Shown: piece after piece, positions 25,442 to 25,661 of the stretch | Layout: each line of letters starts with the position of its first letter | Position numbering within the stretch: the first letter of the stretch is position 1 | Made by a program: the position numbers and the translations under genes | Notes under the pieces: model-generated | What the model was told of the DNA's origin: nothing | Databases searched by the model: none | Seen by the model: the letters and a program-made list of their open reading frames with translations, nothing else | DNA from: a virus | Lineage: Duplodnaviria > Caudoviricetes | Direction: 5' to 3' (one strand) | Length of the DNA: 25,661 nt | IMG/VR virus record: IMGVR_UViG_3300022868_000089 | Location: 1 to 25,661 of that record

Positions 25442-25661
25442 AATTTCAAAAACTCCGATTTCACTCCAGGCTGTTCAAAAGATCCTCTGACAGCAGATGT
25501 CACCATTTCCGAATGAGCATTCTTTACTCCACGTATCGACATGCACATATGACGAGCTGTTACTTTTACCATCACTCCATGTGGTTTGATTATCCTGTAG
25601 AAATTATCAGCGATTTGAGAGGTCATATTCTCCTGAATCTGTAATCTCCTTGCAAAGACCT
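25426..25661 (-). CDS. folE: GTP cyclohydrolase I, C-terminal part (5' end outside the window)
   Basis: The frame extends to the edge: VFARRLQIQENMTSQIA...GVMVKVTARHMCMSIRGV...MVTSAVRGSF...EFL. These are canonical FolE C-terminal motifs. Confidence 0.95.
   Translation of the reverse strand, partial: VFARRLQIQENMTSQIADNFYRIIKPHGVMVKVTARHMCMSIRGVKNAHSEMVTSAVRGSFEQPGVKSEFLKLCEKK

Noticed and set aside
1-25661. CRISPR array, integrase/att site or transposon
   Set aside because: No regularly spaced repeats, recombinase or transposase motifs were seen.

Overview
This 25.7 kb window is a fragment of a large tailed dsDNA bacteriophage genome (Caudoviricetes). All credible genes lie on the minus strand and many are translationally coupled by ATGA/TGATG overlaps. 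In transcription order (right to left) there are five modules. (1) A 7-deazaguanine DNA-modification cassette: partial folE, a PIG-L-type deacetylase fused to a QueD-like T-fold domain with the LxxxHRHxF motif I recall for DpdL, a MerR-HTH/degenerate-HNH protein, a GT-B glycosyltransferase and a TGT/DpdA-like transglycosylase. (2) Replication: PCNA-like clamp, RFC-like clamp loader and a UDG-family A polymerase fusion. (3) Recombination: UvsY-like protein, gp32-like SSB, an aberrant tRNA-like RNA, RecA, SbcD/SbcC and RuvC. (4) Transcription: sigma factor, Mor-like activator and FmdB-type zinc ribbon. (5) Packaging/structure: terminase, T4 gp20-like portal, holin-like protein, and a >706 aa fibre-like protein with a signal peptide that runs off the left end and is absent from the ORF track. 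The best candidate for an undescribed system is the modification cassette, which suggests a 7-deazaguanine base further decorated with a de-N-acetylated amino sugar, possibly installed by a clamp-tethered transglycosylase. Other leads are the tRNA-like RNA with an extended anticodon arm and an in-frame extension behind the SSB UGA stop. All assignments come from motif recognition by eye; no searches were run.
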